A stretch of DNA of 63,777 nucleotides, filler included, from Sandaracinaceae bacterium (GTDB taxonomy: Bacteria > Myxococcota_A > Polyangia > Polyangiales > JADJQN01): NCBI GenBank assembly GCA_947483975.1. It is 18 parts of 18 records of this genome, joined end to end, with 100 filler letters (N's around TTAATTAATTAA, not from the genome) between each part and the next. Parts side by side here need not be neighbours in the genome. Positions count along the whole stretch, not along the records: positions 32,650 to 36,096 come from CANKOL010000483.1; positions 36,197 to 39,603 come from CANKOL010000484.1; positions 39,704 to 43,097 come from CANKOL010000485.1; positions 43,198 to 46,561 come from CANKOL010000486.1; 14 more parts are not named here. One strand, given 5' to 3'. Below are positions 32,650 to 44,291 of this stretch, piece by piece. A program made the translations under genes and the position numbers. The notes beneath the pieces are model-generated. The model was not told the DNA's origin, made no database searches, and saw nothing but the letters and a program-made list of their open reading frames with translations. Numbering within the stretch: position 1 is the first letter of the stretch; each line of letters starts with the position of its first letter.

Positions 32650-34106
32650 ACGCCGACGCCGCAGAGCACGTCCGCGTGCGGGTCGGCGACGAGCAGGCGC
32701 GCGTCTGCGCGGGCGGCGCGGCGCGCGTGCGCGGCGATGAAGGCCTCAGTGACGGGGCGCGTGAGACCCGCGGGGTCCGTGCCGCCGAAGGAGAGCAGCA
32801 GCGCGTCGCGCACGGTCGAGCGCACGTCCGCGCGCAGCTCCGCGCGCAGCACGATGTATGGCGCGCCGACGAGCAAGCGCGTCCACGGCGCGGTGCTCGC
32901 GGGGAGCGCGTGATAGCGCGCCTCGTCGAAGCCGACGTTCTGATTCAGCACGAGGTCCGCGCGCTGCGCCTGCCTCGCCTCGTCGTCGAGCGCGAGCACG
33001 GGCACGGCCGCTCGGAGCCGCTCGAGGTCGCCGGGCACGAGCGCGTAGTCGTCGACGACGAGCGCCGTGACCTGCTCCGCGCGGAGGTGCGCTTCGAGCA
33101 CGTCGAGCGCGCCGGGTGCGGCGTCGATCAACGTCACGCCAGCCGCCACGAGGCGGTCCAGAGCGGCCCCCGACGCGCCGCTGCCGACGAGGTGCGCGCG
33201 CCCGCCGAGGCTCGTCCACGCGGCGAGCAGCGCGGTCACGCGCGCGAGATGCCCGCTGCCGGTCGCAGGCGTCGAGTGCGCCCAGCCGACGAGCAGCTTG
33301 TCGCGCACGCGGGCCGCGCGGCGCGTGTGCTCGTCGTCGATGCCCTTCTGCGTGATGCCGGAGTTCTTCGCCGCGATCTCCGGGTGCGCGTCGAGCCAGC
33401 CCGCGATCTCCGCCGTCGTCGCGTCGTCGCCGAGCGCGCAGAGGACGGCGTCGACGACCTCGAGATCCTCGGGAGTGTCGACGGTCAAACGCAGATGATC
33501 GAGCGCCGGGCCGTCAGGGTCCGTGACGCGCGTCCGAAAGCGCCCAGGCGCGCGATAGAGGTACGGCGTCACGTGCTCGCGGTCGCCAGCTTCGCTCGCC
33601 TCCGCCTGCGCGCGCTCGAGCGCCGCGCGCGAGAAGACCTCGACGTCGAGCCCGCGCGGGATGCGCCGCACGGCGCCCGCCTGATTCGTCACGTAGTCGA
33701 GCGGCTCGCCGGCCGCGCGCGCCTCGAAGAACACGTGAAGCACGCGCTCTAGCTCGTCCGAGTCGAGCAGCGGGCAGTCCGCCGTCACGCGCACGAGCAC
33801 GTCGGCGCGAAGCTGCGCGAGCGCGCCGTGGAAGCGCGCGAGCACGTCGTCGACGGAGCCGCGCGAGACGAGCGCGCCGAGCCGCGCGGCTTCCCTTGCG
33901 AGCGCGTCGTCGGTCGGCTCGGTCGTCGTCGCGACGAGCACCTCCGCGACCGAAGGCGCGCGCCTCACGCGCCGCAGCACGTGCGCCAGCACCGAGGTGC
34001 CGCTCGCGCCCGCGACGCGCAGGACCTTGCCGGGGAGGCGCGACGAGCCCATCCGCGCCTGCACGATGACCGCGACCGACGGCGTGAGCGCACCGTGCGT
34101 AGACAC
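32650..34106 (-). CDS. SpsF-like cytidylyltransferase fused to a PseG/SpsG-like UDP-sugar hydrolase, 3' partial
   Basis: IVQARMGSSRLPGKVL, GSVDDVLARF, VRVTADCP, REHVTPY, LTVDTPEDL; then GSGHLAR, LVVDDY, DLVLNQN, YIVLRAE, SFGGTDP. Confidence 0.85.
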
Positions 34107-34445
34107 GGCCGAGGCGTAGCACGCAGCGCCGAAAGTTTCTGTTCGCGGACGCGCGGGCGTAGCTTCGGGCCGAGGGCGACGCACGGCCGCCCCTCTGTGC
34201 CCCAGCGGCACGATCCTCTGCGCCCACCGTATCCGGACAGCAACACTCGGGACCCGGATGGCAGCCCCGCCAGCCAGGGCCGCCTCGACGTGCGCCCTGC
34301 GCCGTTCCTCGTCAAACGTTACAGGATTATTTTTGCTCGTTATTCCAAGCAGTTGACGCTGATTTCGAGCCCGCCTTCGCGAACCATGGAGCGGGCCCCG
34401 CGCGATGGCACCACTCCTGCACAGCGACCCCGCGAGGCTATCGAC

Positions 34446-36096
34446 ATGCGCGACCTGATGCGACCCACCGAGCAGTCTGACTCCCTCGACGCGACCCCGC
34501 CGAAGCGCGAGTCGATGCGCGTGCCGAGCCAGGCGAGCGCGAGCCGAGCGAGCGGCGCCGCGCGGGCGTTCCCGAAGCGCATCGGCATCCTCAACGACTA
34601 CGTGCGCATCCCGTTCGCGAACGGCTCGTCGTTCGCGTCGCAGTTCTTCTATCGCGAGTTCATGACCCGCGGGCACGAGGTCACGATCGTCGGCCCGACG
34701 GATCCCGTCGCGCAGCCGCACGAGATGCCGCAGCGCTACGTCGAGCTGCCGAGCGTCCCGTTCAAGAATCACCCTGGCGTGCGCCTGACGCTCCCGGCGC
34801 CGGCCGCGTTCAAGGCGCTCGCGGCCGAGAACCTCGACGTCGCGCTCGGGCAGTCGAACACGCACCTGCTGCAGGCGGGCGTGTGGCTCCGACACGAGCA
34901 CAACGTGCCCTTCCTGCCGGTCAACACGGTGCATCTGCCGAGCGTCTACAACGTCGTCCTGCCGGACTCGCTGATGAAGAACCCGCTGATCAACGGCGTC
35001 TTCACCGAGGCGCTCATCCCGATGCTCGAGCGGCAGAGCGCGGCCGTCTACAACCACTCGGACGGCCTGATCGTGCTGGCCGAGGGGCTCAAGAAGTACT
35101 GGGAGGCGCGCGGCGTGACGGTGCCGATCCACGTGATCCCGCGCCCGATCGAGCCGAAGATCTTCGACGTCCCGCAGCCGAACGACCCGTACCCGGCGGA
35201 CTTCACCAAGGGCGCGCGCCTCGTCGTCGTGTGTCGGCACACGCGCGAGAAGAGCGTCTCGCGGCTGCTCGAGATCTTCGCGCGGCACATCCTCCGCGAG
35301 GTGCCGGAGGCGACGCTGACGCTCGTCGGCGACGGGCCGGATCACGATCACTTCCGCGCAGAGGCCGAGGCGCTCGGCGTCATGCACCGCTGCAGCTTCC
35401 CGGGCGAGGTCGCCCTGAAGAACGTGCCCGCCTACTACGCGCACGGCGATGTCTTCGTCTACACGTCGCTCTCGGAGACGTACGGGCAGGTCGTCAGCGA
35501 GGCGCTCTGGTGCGGGCTGCCGGTCGTCGCGCTCTCGGACGGCATGGGCGTCGATCAGCAGCTGATCGACGGGGAGAACGGCTTCCTCGTGCCGCAGGGC
35601 GACGACAACCTGCGCGCCGACGCGCAGTTCGGGCGCGACGTCGTCGGGCTGCTGGTCAACCACGACAAGCGCCGCGAGATGGGCCGTCGCGCGGCGGAGA
35701 TCACGCGGCATCGCTCGGATCCGTCGCGCTGCATCGGGCGCTTCTACGACGCCTTCGAGGCCTCGCGCGCGCACCTCGACGCGACGCGCGCCGAGCGGAC
35801 GCGCGACGGCTACAAGAAGCGCTTCGCGATGATCAACTGGACCGGGATTCACCTGGCCGCGGCGGCGCTCGGCCTCGTGCGTCAGCCCTCGATCGTCAAC
35901 CGGCACGGGCGCAAGCCGCCGACCTGGGACGAGCTGCTCGACACGGCGACTCCGGCCGTCCCGGCCGTGAAGGCGGCCCCGGAGCGCACGCTGCGCGCCG
36001 TCGAGGCGGCCCCGACGCCGCTCAGCCCAGCGGGGATCGGCGCAGAGCAGCTCGCGACGAGCATCGCCGCGGCGCAGAAGGTCGCCGCCCGCGAGG
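34446..36096 (+). CDS. GT4-family glycosyltransferase (diacylglycerol glycosyltransferase-like), 3' partial
   Basis: NGSSFAS, RHTREKSV, LVGDGP, FVYTSLSETYGQVVSEALWCGLPVV (EX7E). Confidence 0.88.
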
Positions 36097-36196
36097 NNNN
36101 NNNNNNNNNNNNNNNNNNNNNNNNNNNNNNNNNNNNNNNNTTAATTAATTAANNNNNNNNNNNNNNNNNNNNNNNNNNNNNNNNNNNNNNNNNNNN

Positions 36197-38892
36197 CGCT
36201 CGAGGACCTCGCTCGCTTCCTCGCCTGGACCGGCGCCGACGACCCCGCGGAGCGCCGCGCCAAGGAGCTCGCCGCGCGCGCCGCCGACGCTGAGCCGACG
36301 CTCGATCGCCTCCGCCTCGCCGCCGCCCTCGCCGACGAGCGCGCCGAGGTGCAGCGCTTCGCCGCCAAGGCCGCGCAGCTGATGCCGGACGACCCGAAGT
36401 CGTTGCTGCTCCAAGCCCAGGTGCGCAGCGCCGGTCCCGGGCCGGAGGACGCGCTCGCCACCCTCGACCGCATCCCGCAGGGCTCGACCTCCTTCCTCGA
36501 CGGCGAGGTCCTCCGCGCCGGCATCCTCCGCGGGCTCGAGCTGAACGAGGCCGCGCGCGCCGTCACCGAGCGCATCTTCGCGAGCTTCGGGGACACGCTC
36601 GTCGGGCTCCGCGCGCGCGCTGACGCGCTCGACGCGACCTCGCACCACGACCAGGCGCTCGCGCTCCGCCGCCGACAGGTCGAGCTGCGCTGGGACGACG
36701 CCGCCGCGCGCCGGGTCCTCCTCTCGGACGCGCTGCAGCGCGGCGAGACGGCCGAGGCGATGGCGCACGTCGAGGCGCTCCTGGCGATGGCGCCCGACAA
36801 CGCGAGCACGCTCTTCTATGCCGCCGCCGTCTACGATGGGCTCGGCAAGACCGACGAGATGATCGCCGCCTATCGCGCGGCGATCGACCTCGCGCCGGAG
36901 GAGGCGACCTCCCACGTCGCGCTCGGTCGCGCGTTCTTGCGCGTTGGGCAGCGCGACGCCGCGGCAGACTCGCTGCGCCGCGCGATCGCGCTCCGCCCGC
37001 AGGACGCCGACACCCGCGAGCTGCTCGAGAGCATTCACCCCGAGGCGCGCCAGGACGAGGCGTACGCAGCAGGCAAAGACGAGCTCCTCGCGCGTCGTAT
37101 GCCGGACGGCCAGTACCCCGTCACGCTGCTCCAGAACCTGACCGTCAACACGGTCTACGAGAACGGGCTCGGCTCGAGCTTCCATCAGATCGTCGCGCAG
37201 GTGCACGACGCCGAGGGCGCGCGTCGCTGGCGCTCGTATTCGTTCCAGTTCGACCCGGAGTCGCAGCGCATCGACGTGCGGCTCGCGCGCGTGTATCGGC
37301 GCGACGGCACGGTGCTCGACTCCAACCAGACCTTCGAGCAGCAGCTCGGCGAGCCCTGGTATCGGATGTATTACGACACCCGCGCGCTCGTCGTCGTCTT
37401 CCCCGATCTCGAGCCAGGCGACACCGTCGAGCTGCGGTATCGCACCGACGATATCTCGCACCGCAACGCCTTCGCCGATTACTACGGCGACCTCGAGTTC
37501 CTGCAGGGCAACGACCCCGTCAAGCGCATGGACTATGTGCTGATCACGCCCGCGTCGCGCACCTTCTACTTCAGCGAGCCGCGCCTCCCAGGGCTCGAGC
37601 ACACGCGCACGACGGAGCACGGCAAGAACCTCGATCGCTACGTCGCGACCGATGTGCCCGCGATCCCCTCCGAGGACGGAATGCCCGGCCTGACCGAGGT
37701 CGCGCCCTATCTGCACGTCTCGACCTATCGCTCGTGGGAAGAGGTCGGGCGCTGGTGGTGGGGGCTGATTCGCGATCAGCTCTACGCCGACGAGAGCCTC
37801 AAGCGCACCGTCGCCGACCTCGTGCGCGGCGCGCCGGACGTCCGCACCAAGGTCACGCGGATCTACGACTGGGTCGTCTCGCACACTCGCTACGTCGCGC
37901 TCGAGTTCGGGATTCACGGCTATCTGCCGTATCGCGTCTCGCAGATCGTCCAGCGTGGGTTTGGCGACTGTAAGGACAAGGCGTCGCTGCTCTACGTGAT
38001 GATGCGCGAGGCGGGCGTCGACGCGCGGCTCGTGCTCGCGCGCACGCGCCGCAACGGCGACATCGCGGAGCTCCCCGCGTCGCTCTCGGTCTTCGATCAC
38101 GCGATCGCCTACGTGCCGGAGCTCGACCTCTACCTCGACGGAACCGCCGAAAATTCGGGCTCCACCGAGCTGCCCAACATGGACCAGGGCATCACCGTGC
38201 TGATCGTCGGGCCGAACGACGCGCGGCTCGCCCGCACGCCCGTGCTCGACCCGACGCGCAGCCGCCGCGAGCGCACGCTGCAGGTGCAGCTCGCCGCCGA
38301 CGGCTCGGCCGTCATCGAAGGCACCGAGGACGTGCGCGGCTCGGACGCGGCGGGCTATCGCGACCGCTACCAGGCGGCGGGCACCCGCGACGACCGCTTC
38401 GAGCAGCAGCTCGCGACGATCTTCTCGGGCGCGGATCTGCAGTCGCAGCAGTTCTCGAACCTCGAGGATCGGGAGGCGCCGATCCACTTCAGCTACCGCG
38501 CGAGCGTGCCGCAATTGGCCCGTCGCGACGGCAACGAGCTGCGCCTCGAGGTCTCCGTCATCGGCGACCTCGTGCGCTCCCTCGCGCGGACGCCCGCGCG
38601 TCGCTACTCGCTCGATCTCGGGAGCACGAGCTCCTACCTCGAGCGCAGGATCGTGCGCGTGCCCGCCGGGATGCGCGTGACGGAGCTGCCCGTCGGCGGC
38701 GAGGCCAACTCGCCCTTCGGCAAGCTCAAGGTGACGGTCGAGCCGAGCCCGGGCGGGCTGACGGTGCGCACCGAGCTCGAGCTCAGCCGCGACCGTGTGT
38801 CGGCGGCGGACTACCCCGCGTTCAAGGATTGGGCTGAGCGTGCAGACGTCATCTTGCGACAGAGAATCGGCATGAGCGGAGGTGCGCAATGA
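36197..38892 (+). CDS. TPR + DUF3857-like + transglutaminase-like domain protein, 5' partial
   Basis: TPR helices; FPDLEPGDTVELRY; catalytic triad motifs GDCKDKA, FDHAIAY, YLDGT. Confidence 0.88.
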
Positions 38893-39603
38893 GCCGCGCG
38901 AGCTGGGTCTCTCTCGTCGCGCTCCTCGCCTTCGCGGGCTGTGGCGGCGCGCACACCGCGACGGTCCATCGCCCGACGATCGCCGACGTGCGCACGCGCG
39001 CGGCTGCGCGACCGAACGACGCGGACGCGCAGCGGGAGCTCGCGCTCGCCGAGGCGCTGATGGACGGCGGTGATCCGACGCACGTCGCGGCGGCGCTCGA
39101 CCACGCCCTGCAGCTCGCGCCCGACGATGTGCGGCTCGTGTTCCTGCGCGGGCTCGAGGACGACGGCGCGGGCAAGCTCGACACCGCGTTCACCCACTAT
39201 GTGAAGGCGCTGCAGCTCGCGAGCACCGGCGCGGACGCGACCTCGCAGGCGATCGCGGAGGCGTGCCTGACGGCCGTCGCGGACATGATGGAGGTCGTGC
39301 CCGACGGCCGCACGCAGCTGCGCACCGCGCTCGAGGCGCTGCAGGCGGCGCCCGGCACGCTCAGCTCCGCCGCGCGCAACGAGATCGCCGAGCAGCTCGT
39401 CGACCTCGCGTACCGTCGAGGCGACCTCGCCGCCGTGCGCTCGCTCGCCGCGAGCCAGGGCTGCCCGTCGGAGTGGCGCGTCGCCGGTCCGTTCGGCCCG
39501 CGGGAGCTGCTCGGCTTCGACACGCAGCTCCCTGCGCAGGGGCGCGGTCCGCTCGCGGAGACGTACGACCTCGGCCCCGGCCGCGGCGTGCGCCCGACGC
39601 GCA
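38889..39603 (+). CDS. TPR lipoprotein translationally coupled to the transglutaminase gene, 3' partial
   Basis: ATGA overlap; lipobox FAG-C; WRVAGPFG. Confidence 0.8.
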
Positions 39604-39703
39604 NNNNNNNNNNNNNNNNNNNNNNNNNNNNNNNNNNNNNNNNNNNNTTAATTAATTAANNNNNNNNNNNNNNNNNNNNNNNNNNNNNNNNNNNNNNNNN
39701 NNN

Positions 39704-40007
39704 CGCCGCGTCCACCGCCGTAGCCGCCGCCACCGCCACCACCGCCGCCGCGCTCCTCGCGGGGACGCGCCACGTTGACCTGGATGGTGCGGCCATCGAC
39801 GGTCTGCCCGTCGAGGGCCTCGATCGCGGCCTTGGCCTCGGCGTCGCTCGACATCTCGACGAACGCGAAGCCGCGCGAGCGGCCGGTGTCACGGTCCGTG
39901 ACCATCGTCGCGCGGGACACGTTGCCGTGCGCGGAGAAGAGGTCGCGGAGGTCATCCTCGGTGGTGCGGAACGAGATATTGCCGACGTAGAGCTTGTTGT
40001 TCGCCAT
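39704..40007 (-). CDS. RRM RNA-binding protein with a Gly-rich tail, 3' partial
   Basis: RNP2 LYVGNI, RNP1 [19 protein letters not shown] tail. Confidence 0.95.
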
Positions 40008-40219
40008 GGTGCTGATCCTTCTCGAACTGGCTGAGCTGCGGGAGCGTTCCGTGGAGCCAGCCCGAGAAGACCGCCGACGATTGACGAGCGAGCGTCGATC
40101 TGAGCGCGTACCACGAGCGAGACCCTAGAACGGGCATTCGACCTCGAATGCTGGCCTCAGTTTGTGTCGGAGGGTGAGTTTCGGCAAGAGGGTCAGGCGC
40201 CCGGTGAGCCCATCGCAAT

Positions 40220-40235
40220 TGACATACCTCTGTCA
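40220..40235. promoter_or_regulatory. Palindromic TGACA-N6-TGTCA candidate operator overlapping a TTGACA
   Basis: ttgaca-tacctc-tgtca in the divergent rrm/pfaD intergenic region. Confidence 0.4.
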
Positions 40236-40290
40236 CGGCGGCCCCCCAGCGTTGACTTGGTCGGCCCGCGGCCAGCATCCTCCCGGCGCT

Positions 40291-41913
40291 TTGGACGCCC
40301 ACTCAGCGGTCTCATCCGTCGGCTCCTGGCGCGCAGGTCCCGCTCGTCCCGCGTTCGACGCGGCCGGGCTGGCTGCGTCGCTGCCCCATGTCCGGGAGCC
40401 TATCCACGTCCTCTACGACCGCGCGGCGGGCCGAATCGGCCTCGGCGTCGGCGGCGAGGTCCTCTCCGCGAAAGACGAGGGGGACTACGCGCTGCTCGCG
40501 ACCCTGCCCGCGTCCTACCCGGAGTGGCTCGGCGACCGCTCGTTCAACGAGGCGCACGGCGTGCGCTTCCCGTACGTCGCCGGCGAGATGGCCAACGGCA
40601 TCTCCACGGCGCGCATGGTCATCGCCATGGCGCACGCCGGGATGCTCGGCTTCTTCGGCGCGGGCGGGCTGAGCTACCGCGGGGTCGAGGCGGGGCTCGA
40701 TGAGCTGACGGCGGCGCTCGGCGCGAACGGCCCTTGGGGCGTCAACCTGATCCACTCGCCGGCCGAGCCCGAGCTCGAGGAGCGCGTCGCCGACCTCTTG
40801 ATCAGCCGCGACGTGCGCATCGTGTCGGCCTCGGCGTTCATGGCCATGCAGCCGTCGGTCGTGCGCTGCGCGGCGGCGGGGCTGACGGTCGATGCCGCGG
40901 GACAGATCGTGCGGCGGCACCACGTGTTCGCGAAGATCTCGCGCGCCGAGGTCGCCGCGCAGTTCATGTCGCCGCCGCCCGCCGAGATGCTCCGCGCGCT
41001 CGTCGCGCAGGGAAAGCTGACGCAGGCCGAGGCCGAGCTCGCCGCGCGCCTGCCGGTCGCCGAGGACGTCACGGTCGAGGGCGACAGCGGCGGGCACACC
41101 GACAATCAGACGCTGGTCGCGCTCTTCCCGCTGATCCTCGCGCTCCGCGACGAGCTGACCGAGAAGTACGGCTACGCGCGCCCGATTCGCGTCGGCGCCG
41201 CGGGCGGGCTCGGCACGCCGAGCGCCGTCGCTGCCGCGTTCTCGCTCGGCGCGGCGTACGTCGTCACGGGCTCGGTCAACCAGAGCGCCGTCGAGGCGGG
41301 GCTCTCGGACCCAGCGAAGAGGCTGCTCGCGGAGGCGGGCATCGCCGACGTCGCGATGGCCGCCGCGGCGGATATGTTCGAGCTCGGCGTGAAGCTGCAG
41401 GTGCTCAAGCGCGGCACGATGTTCGCGGCGCGCGCCAACAGCCTCTACGAGATCTATCGCAGCTACGAGAGCCTCGACGCGCTGCCGTCGGAGGTGCGCG
41501 CGAAGATCGAGACGCGGCTGATCGGCGCCACGCTCGACGCCGTCTGGCGCGAGACGGAAGCCTTCTGGCTCACCCGCGATCCCGGCCAAGTCGAGCGCGC
41601 GCACGCCGACCCCAAGCACAAGATGGCCCTCGTCTTTCGGTGGTATCTCGGCAAGTCGAGCCGCTGGGCCATCGAGGGCGAGCCGACGCGCCGCGCCGAC
41701 TATCAGATCTGGTGCGGCCCCGCGATGGGCGCGTTCAACGGCTGGGTGAAGGGCTCATTCCTCGAGGACCCCGCCGAGCGCACCGTGGTTCAGATCGCGC
41801 TCAACCTCCTCGAGGGCGCCGTCCTCGCGGCGCGCGCGCAACAGCTTCGCTCGTTTGGTGTTCCCGTTCCCGTCGCCGCGCTCGGCTTTCGCCCGCGTCG
41901 GCTCCGCCTCTGA
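40291..41913 (+). CDS. pfaD: PfaD-family trans-acting enoyl reductase of a PUFA synthase (start uncertain, between 40162 and 40291)
   Basis: YVAGEMANGIST, GVNLIHSP, SASAFM, AKISRAEVA, EGDSGGHTDN, GAAGGLGTP, DMFELGVKLQVLKRGT, DYQIWCGPAMGAFN. Confidence 0.93.
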   Translation: MDAHSAVSSVGSWRAGPARPAFDAAGLAASLPHVREPIHVLYDRAAGRIGLGVGGEVLSAKDEGDYALLATLPASYPEWLGDRSFNEAHGVRFPYVAGEMANGISTARMVIAMAHAGMLGFFGAGGLSYRGVEAGLDELTAALGANGPWGVNLIHSPAEPELEERVADLLISRDVRIVSASAFMAMQPSVVRCAAAGLTVDAAGQIVRRHHVFAKISRAEVAAQFMSPPPAEMLRALVAQGKLTQAEAELAARLPVAEDVTVEGDSGGHTDNQTLVALFPLILALRDELTEKYGYARPIRVGAAGGLGTPSAVAAAFSLGAAYVVTGSVNQSAVEAGLSDPAKRLLAEAGIADVAMAAAADMFELGVKLQVLKRGTMFAARANSLYEIYRSYESLDALPSEVRAKIETRLIGATLDAVWRETEAFWLTRDPGQVERAHADPKHKMALVFRWYLGKSSRWAIEGEPTRRADYQIWCGPAMGAFNGWVKGSFLEDPAERTVVQIALNLLEGAVLAARAQQLRSFGVPVPVAALGFRPRRLRL

Positions 41914-41950
41914 CTTCGAATGTTCGTGAAGGTGAGAAATCGAGTCGATC

Positions 41951-43097
41951 ATGAAGAACCCCGCCGATCGTGAACACTCCTCGGACTCGGACTCTCACTT
42001 CCAGCCCGCGACGCCCATCGCGGTCGTCGGCCTCGGCGCGCTCTTCCCAGGCTCGGCGACGCCGCTCGCCTTCTGGCGCGACATCCTCGAGGGCCGCGAC
42101 CGGCTGACGGATGTCCCGCGCACGCACTGGCTCGCGTCGGACTACTACGACCCGAAGCCCGGCACGCCGGACAAGGTCTACTCGGCGCGGGGCGGCTTCC
42201 TCCCCGAGGTCGAGTTCTCGCCCATGGAGTACGGCATGCCGCCGAACGCCATGCCCTCGACGGACACCGCGCAGCTGCTCGCGCTCGTCGTCGCCAAGCA
42301 CGCGCTCCTCGAGGCGACCCGCGGGAAGTTCGAGACCGTCGACCGCAGCCGCATGAGCGTGATGCTCGGCGTCGCGTCGGCGACGGAGCTCGTCGGCACG
42401 ATGTGCGGGCGCCTGCAGAAGCCTGTCGTCGAGCACGCCATGCGTACCGCTGGCCTCGAGCCCGACGAGGTCGCGCGCGTCAGCAAGATCTTCGATAGCT
42501 GCTACGTGCCGTGGCAGGAGAGCACCTTCCCCGGGCTGCTCGGGAACGTCGTCGCCGGTCGCGTGACCAACCGCCTCGACCTCGGCGGGACGAACATCGT
42601 CGTCGACGCCGCGTGCGCGGGCTCGCTCGCCGCGATCTCGATGGCGATCAACGACCTGACGCTCGGCAACTCCGACCTCGTGCTGACGGGCGGCGTCGAC
42701 GCGCTCAACGACATCCTGATGTATATGTGCTTCGCGCAGACGGGCGCGCTCTCCTTGAGCGGCGACTGTCGGCCGTTCTCGGATCAGTCCGACGGCACGA
42801 TGCTCGGCGAGGGCGTCGGCGTGTTGGCGCTTCGTCGGCTCGACGACGCCGAGCGCGATGGCGACGCGATCTACGCCGTGATCCGCGGGCTCGGCTCGTC
42901 GTCGGACGGCAAGGCGAAGAGCATCTACGCGCCCTCGGCCGCCGGGCAGACGCTCGCGCTGCGGCGCGCGTACGCGCACGCCGGCTACGGGCCCGAGACG
43001 GTCGGCCTCGTCGAGGCGCACGGCACGGGCACGGTCGCGGGTGACGCGGCCGAGGTCGAGGCGCTGCGCATCGTGTTCGACGAGGCGGGGGCACCGC
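41951..43097 (+). CDS. pfaA: PUFA synthase/iterative PKS subunit, N-terminal ketosynthase domain (PfaA/Pfa2-like), 3' partial
   Basis: PIAVVG, WQESTFPGLLGNVVAGR, DAACAGSL, EAHGTGT; directly downstream of pfaD. Confidence 0.85.
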
Positions 43098-43199
43098 NNN
43101 NNNNNNNNNNNNNNNNNNNNNNNNNNNNNNNNNNNNNNNNNTTAATTAATTAANNNNNNNNNNNNNNNNNNNNNNNNNNNNNNNNNNNNNNNNNNNNCG

Positions 43200-43334
43200 C
43201 ATCCGTCGCTCGCGACGGTCAGCGGCGAGTACTTCGCCGACAGCAACATCAGCAAGAGCACGCGCGATGGGCTCGACGTCGCGATGGGCGATCGGCTCTG
43301 GAAGGTGACCGAGGAGCTCGTCAGCAAGCTCTGA
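43200..43334 (+). CDS. C-terminus of a short-chain dehydrogenase/reductase (retinol dehydrogenase-like), partial
   Basis: VSGEYFAD...DRLWKVTEELV. Confidence 0.7.
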   Translation, partial: HPSLATVSGEYFADSNISKSTRDGLDVAMGDRLWKVTEELVSKL

Positions 43335-43387
43335 GCGAGACGCCCGTTGCGTTGACGAGGAGCGACGCGGCGCGCAGGCTCGCTCGC

Positions 43388-44179
43388 ATGGACTTGCTTT
43401 CCCGTCTTGCGGCGCTCGTCGCGCTTTCGAGCTTGTTCGCGGCGTGCACCGCGACGGTGGCAGACGACCCCTGCGACGGCGCACGACCTTCGATCACGGA
43501 GTGCGCGTATGGGGCCGCGTGGGCGGAGTGCGGCGGCACGGCGGGAGAGCCCGCCTTCGCTTGCTACGAGGCCGGCGGTGGCTGCCTCTGGTTCGCGAAC
43601 GGCTGCGTCGCGCAGGGCTACACCGCGTCGACCTGCCCCGCCGACGGCCTCTGCTGCGTCGAGAACTTCCCGTATCCGAGCAGCAGCACCGCGATCTACA
43701 GGAGCGTCGGGCTCGCGATGCAGCTCTCCGAGTGGGGGACGCTGCCGTGGGATCGCGCGCGGGAGCGCTCGATCGACGTGACGCTCGCTGCGCTTCCGCC
43801 AGCGACGCCGACGGTCTCCTGCACGGGCGTCGTCAACGCGACGATGGGTCCGTGCGACGCCGAGGCGAACTCGGGGCGGCGCTACGTGCAAGGCGAGGTC
43901 TTCACGGCGCGCGTGCGCCCGAACACGATCGCGATCGGCTTCTGGACGCTGTCGATCGAGGTGACGCGCGACGCCGACGCGACGCTGCGCGCGCAGGTCT
44001 GCCGGCTGCAGAGCACCGACTACACGCCGCTCCACTGCGTGGACAGCGAGCCCGCCTGCGCCGTCTCGGGCACGCTCGAGCTCGACGCGTTCCCGACGGA
44101 CTACGACACCGCGGCGACGACGCGCCTGCACCTCGCGGCGACGTTCGCCGACGGCGCGACGATCGACGCGCAGCTCTGA
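43388..44179 (+). CDS. Cys-rich lipoprotein (263 aa)
   Basis: Lipobox LFAA-C; multiple Cys. Confidence 0.75.
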   Translation: MDLLSRLAALVALSSLFAACTATVADDPCDGARPSITECAYGAAWAECGGTAGEPAFACYEAGGGCLWFANGCVAQGYTASTCPADGLCCVENFPYPSSSTAIYRSVGLAMQLSEWGTLPWDRARERSIDVTLAALPPATPTVSCTGVVNATMGPCDAEANSGRRYVQGEVFTARVRPNTIAIGFWTLSIEVTRDADATLRAQVCRLQSTDYTPLHCVDSEPACAVSGTLELDAFPTDYDTAATTRLHLAATFADGATIDAQL

Positions 44180-44224
44180 GCGCGTCGACGCGCACCTCTG
44201 AGCGCGTCGACGCGCAGCTCTGAG
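44163..44224. repeat. 22-bp tandem repeat (about 3 units) overlapping a stop codon, with a 14-bp palindromic core GCGCGTCGACGCGC
   Basis: tcgacgcgcagctctgag / cgcgtcgacgcgcacctctgag / cgcgtcgacgcgcagctctgag. Confidence 0.85.
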
Positions 44225-44291
44225 AAGAACGAGCGAATCGACTGCGTCAAGCCTTGTCCGCGATCGGCGCGTTGCTACACACGACGGCCCT

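Noticed and set aside
32598..35906. 1102-aa minus-strand ORF as a single giant protein
   Set aside because: Its first ~600 codons are the antisense shadow of the GT4 gene and the intergenic region; real coding starts near 34106.
43327..44182. 11-bp direct repeat AGCTCTGAGCG flanking the Cys-rich lipoprotein gene (possible target duplication)
   Set aside because: CTC-TGA-G is a common gene ending in this genome (also near 26950 and 58952), so chance is a sufficient explanation.
44163..44224. CRISPR interpretation of the 22-bp palindromic repeats
   Set aside because: The units are head-to-tail with no spacers.
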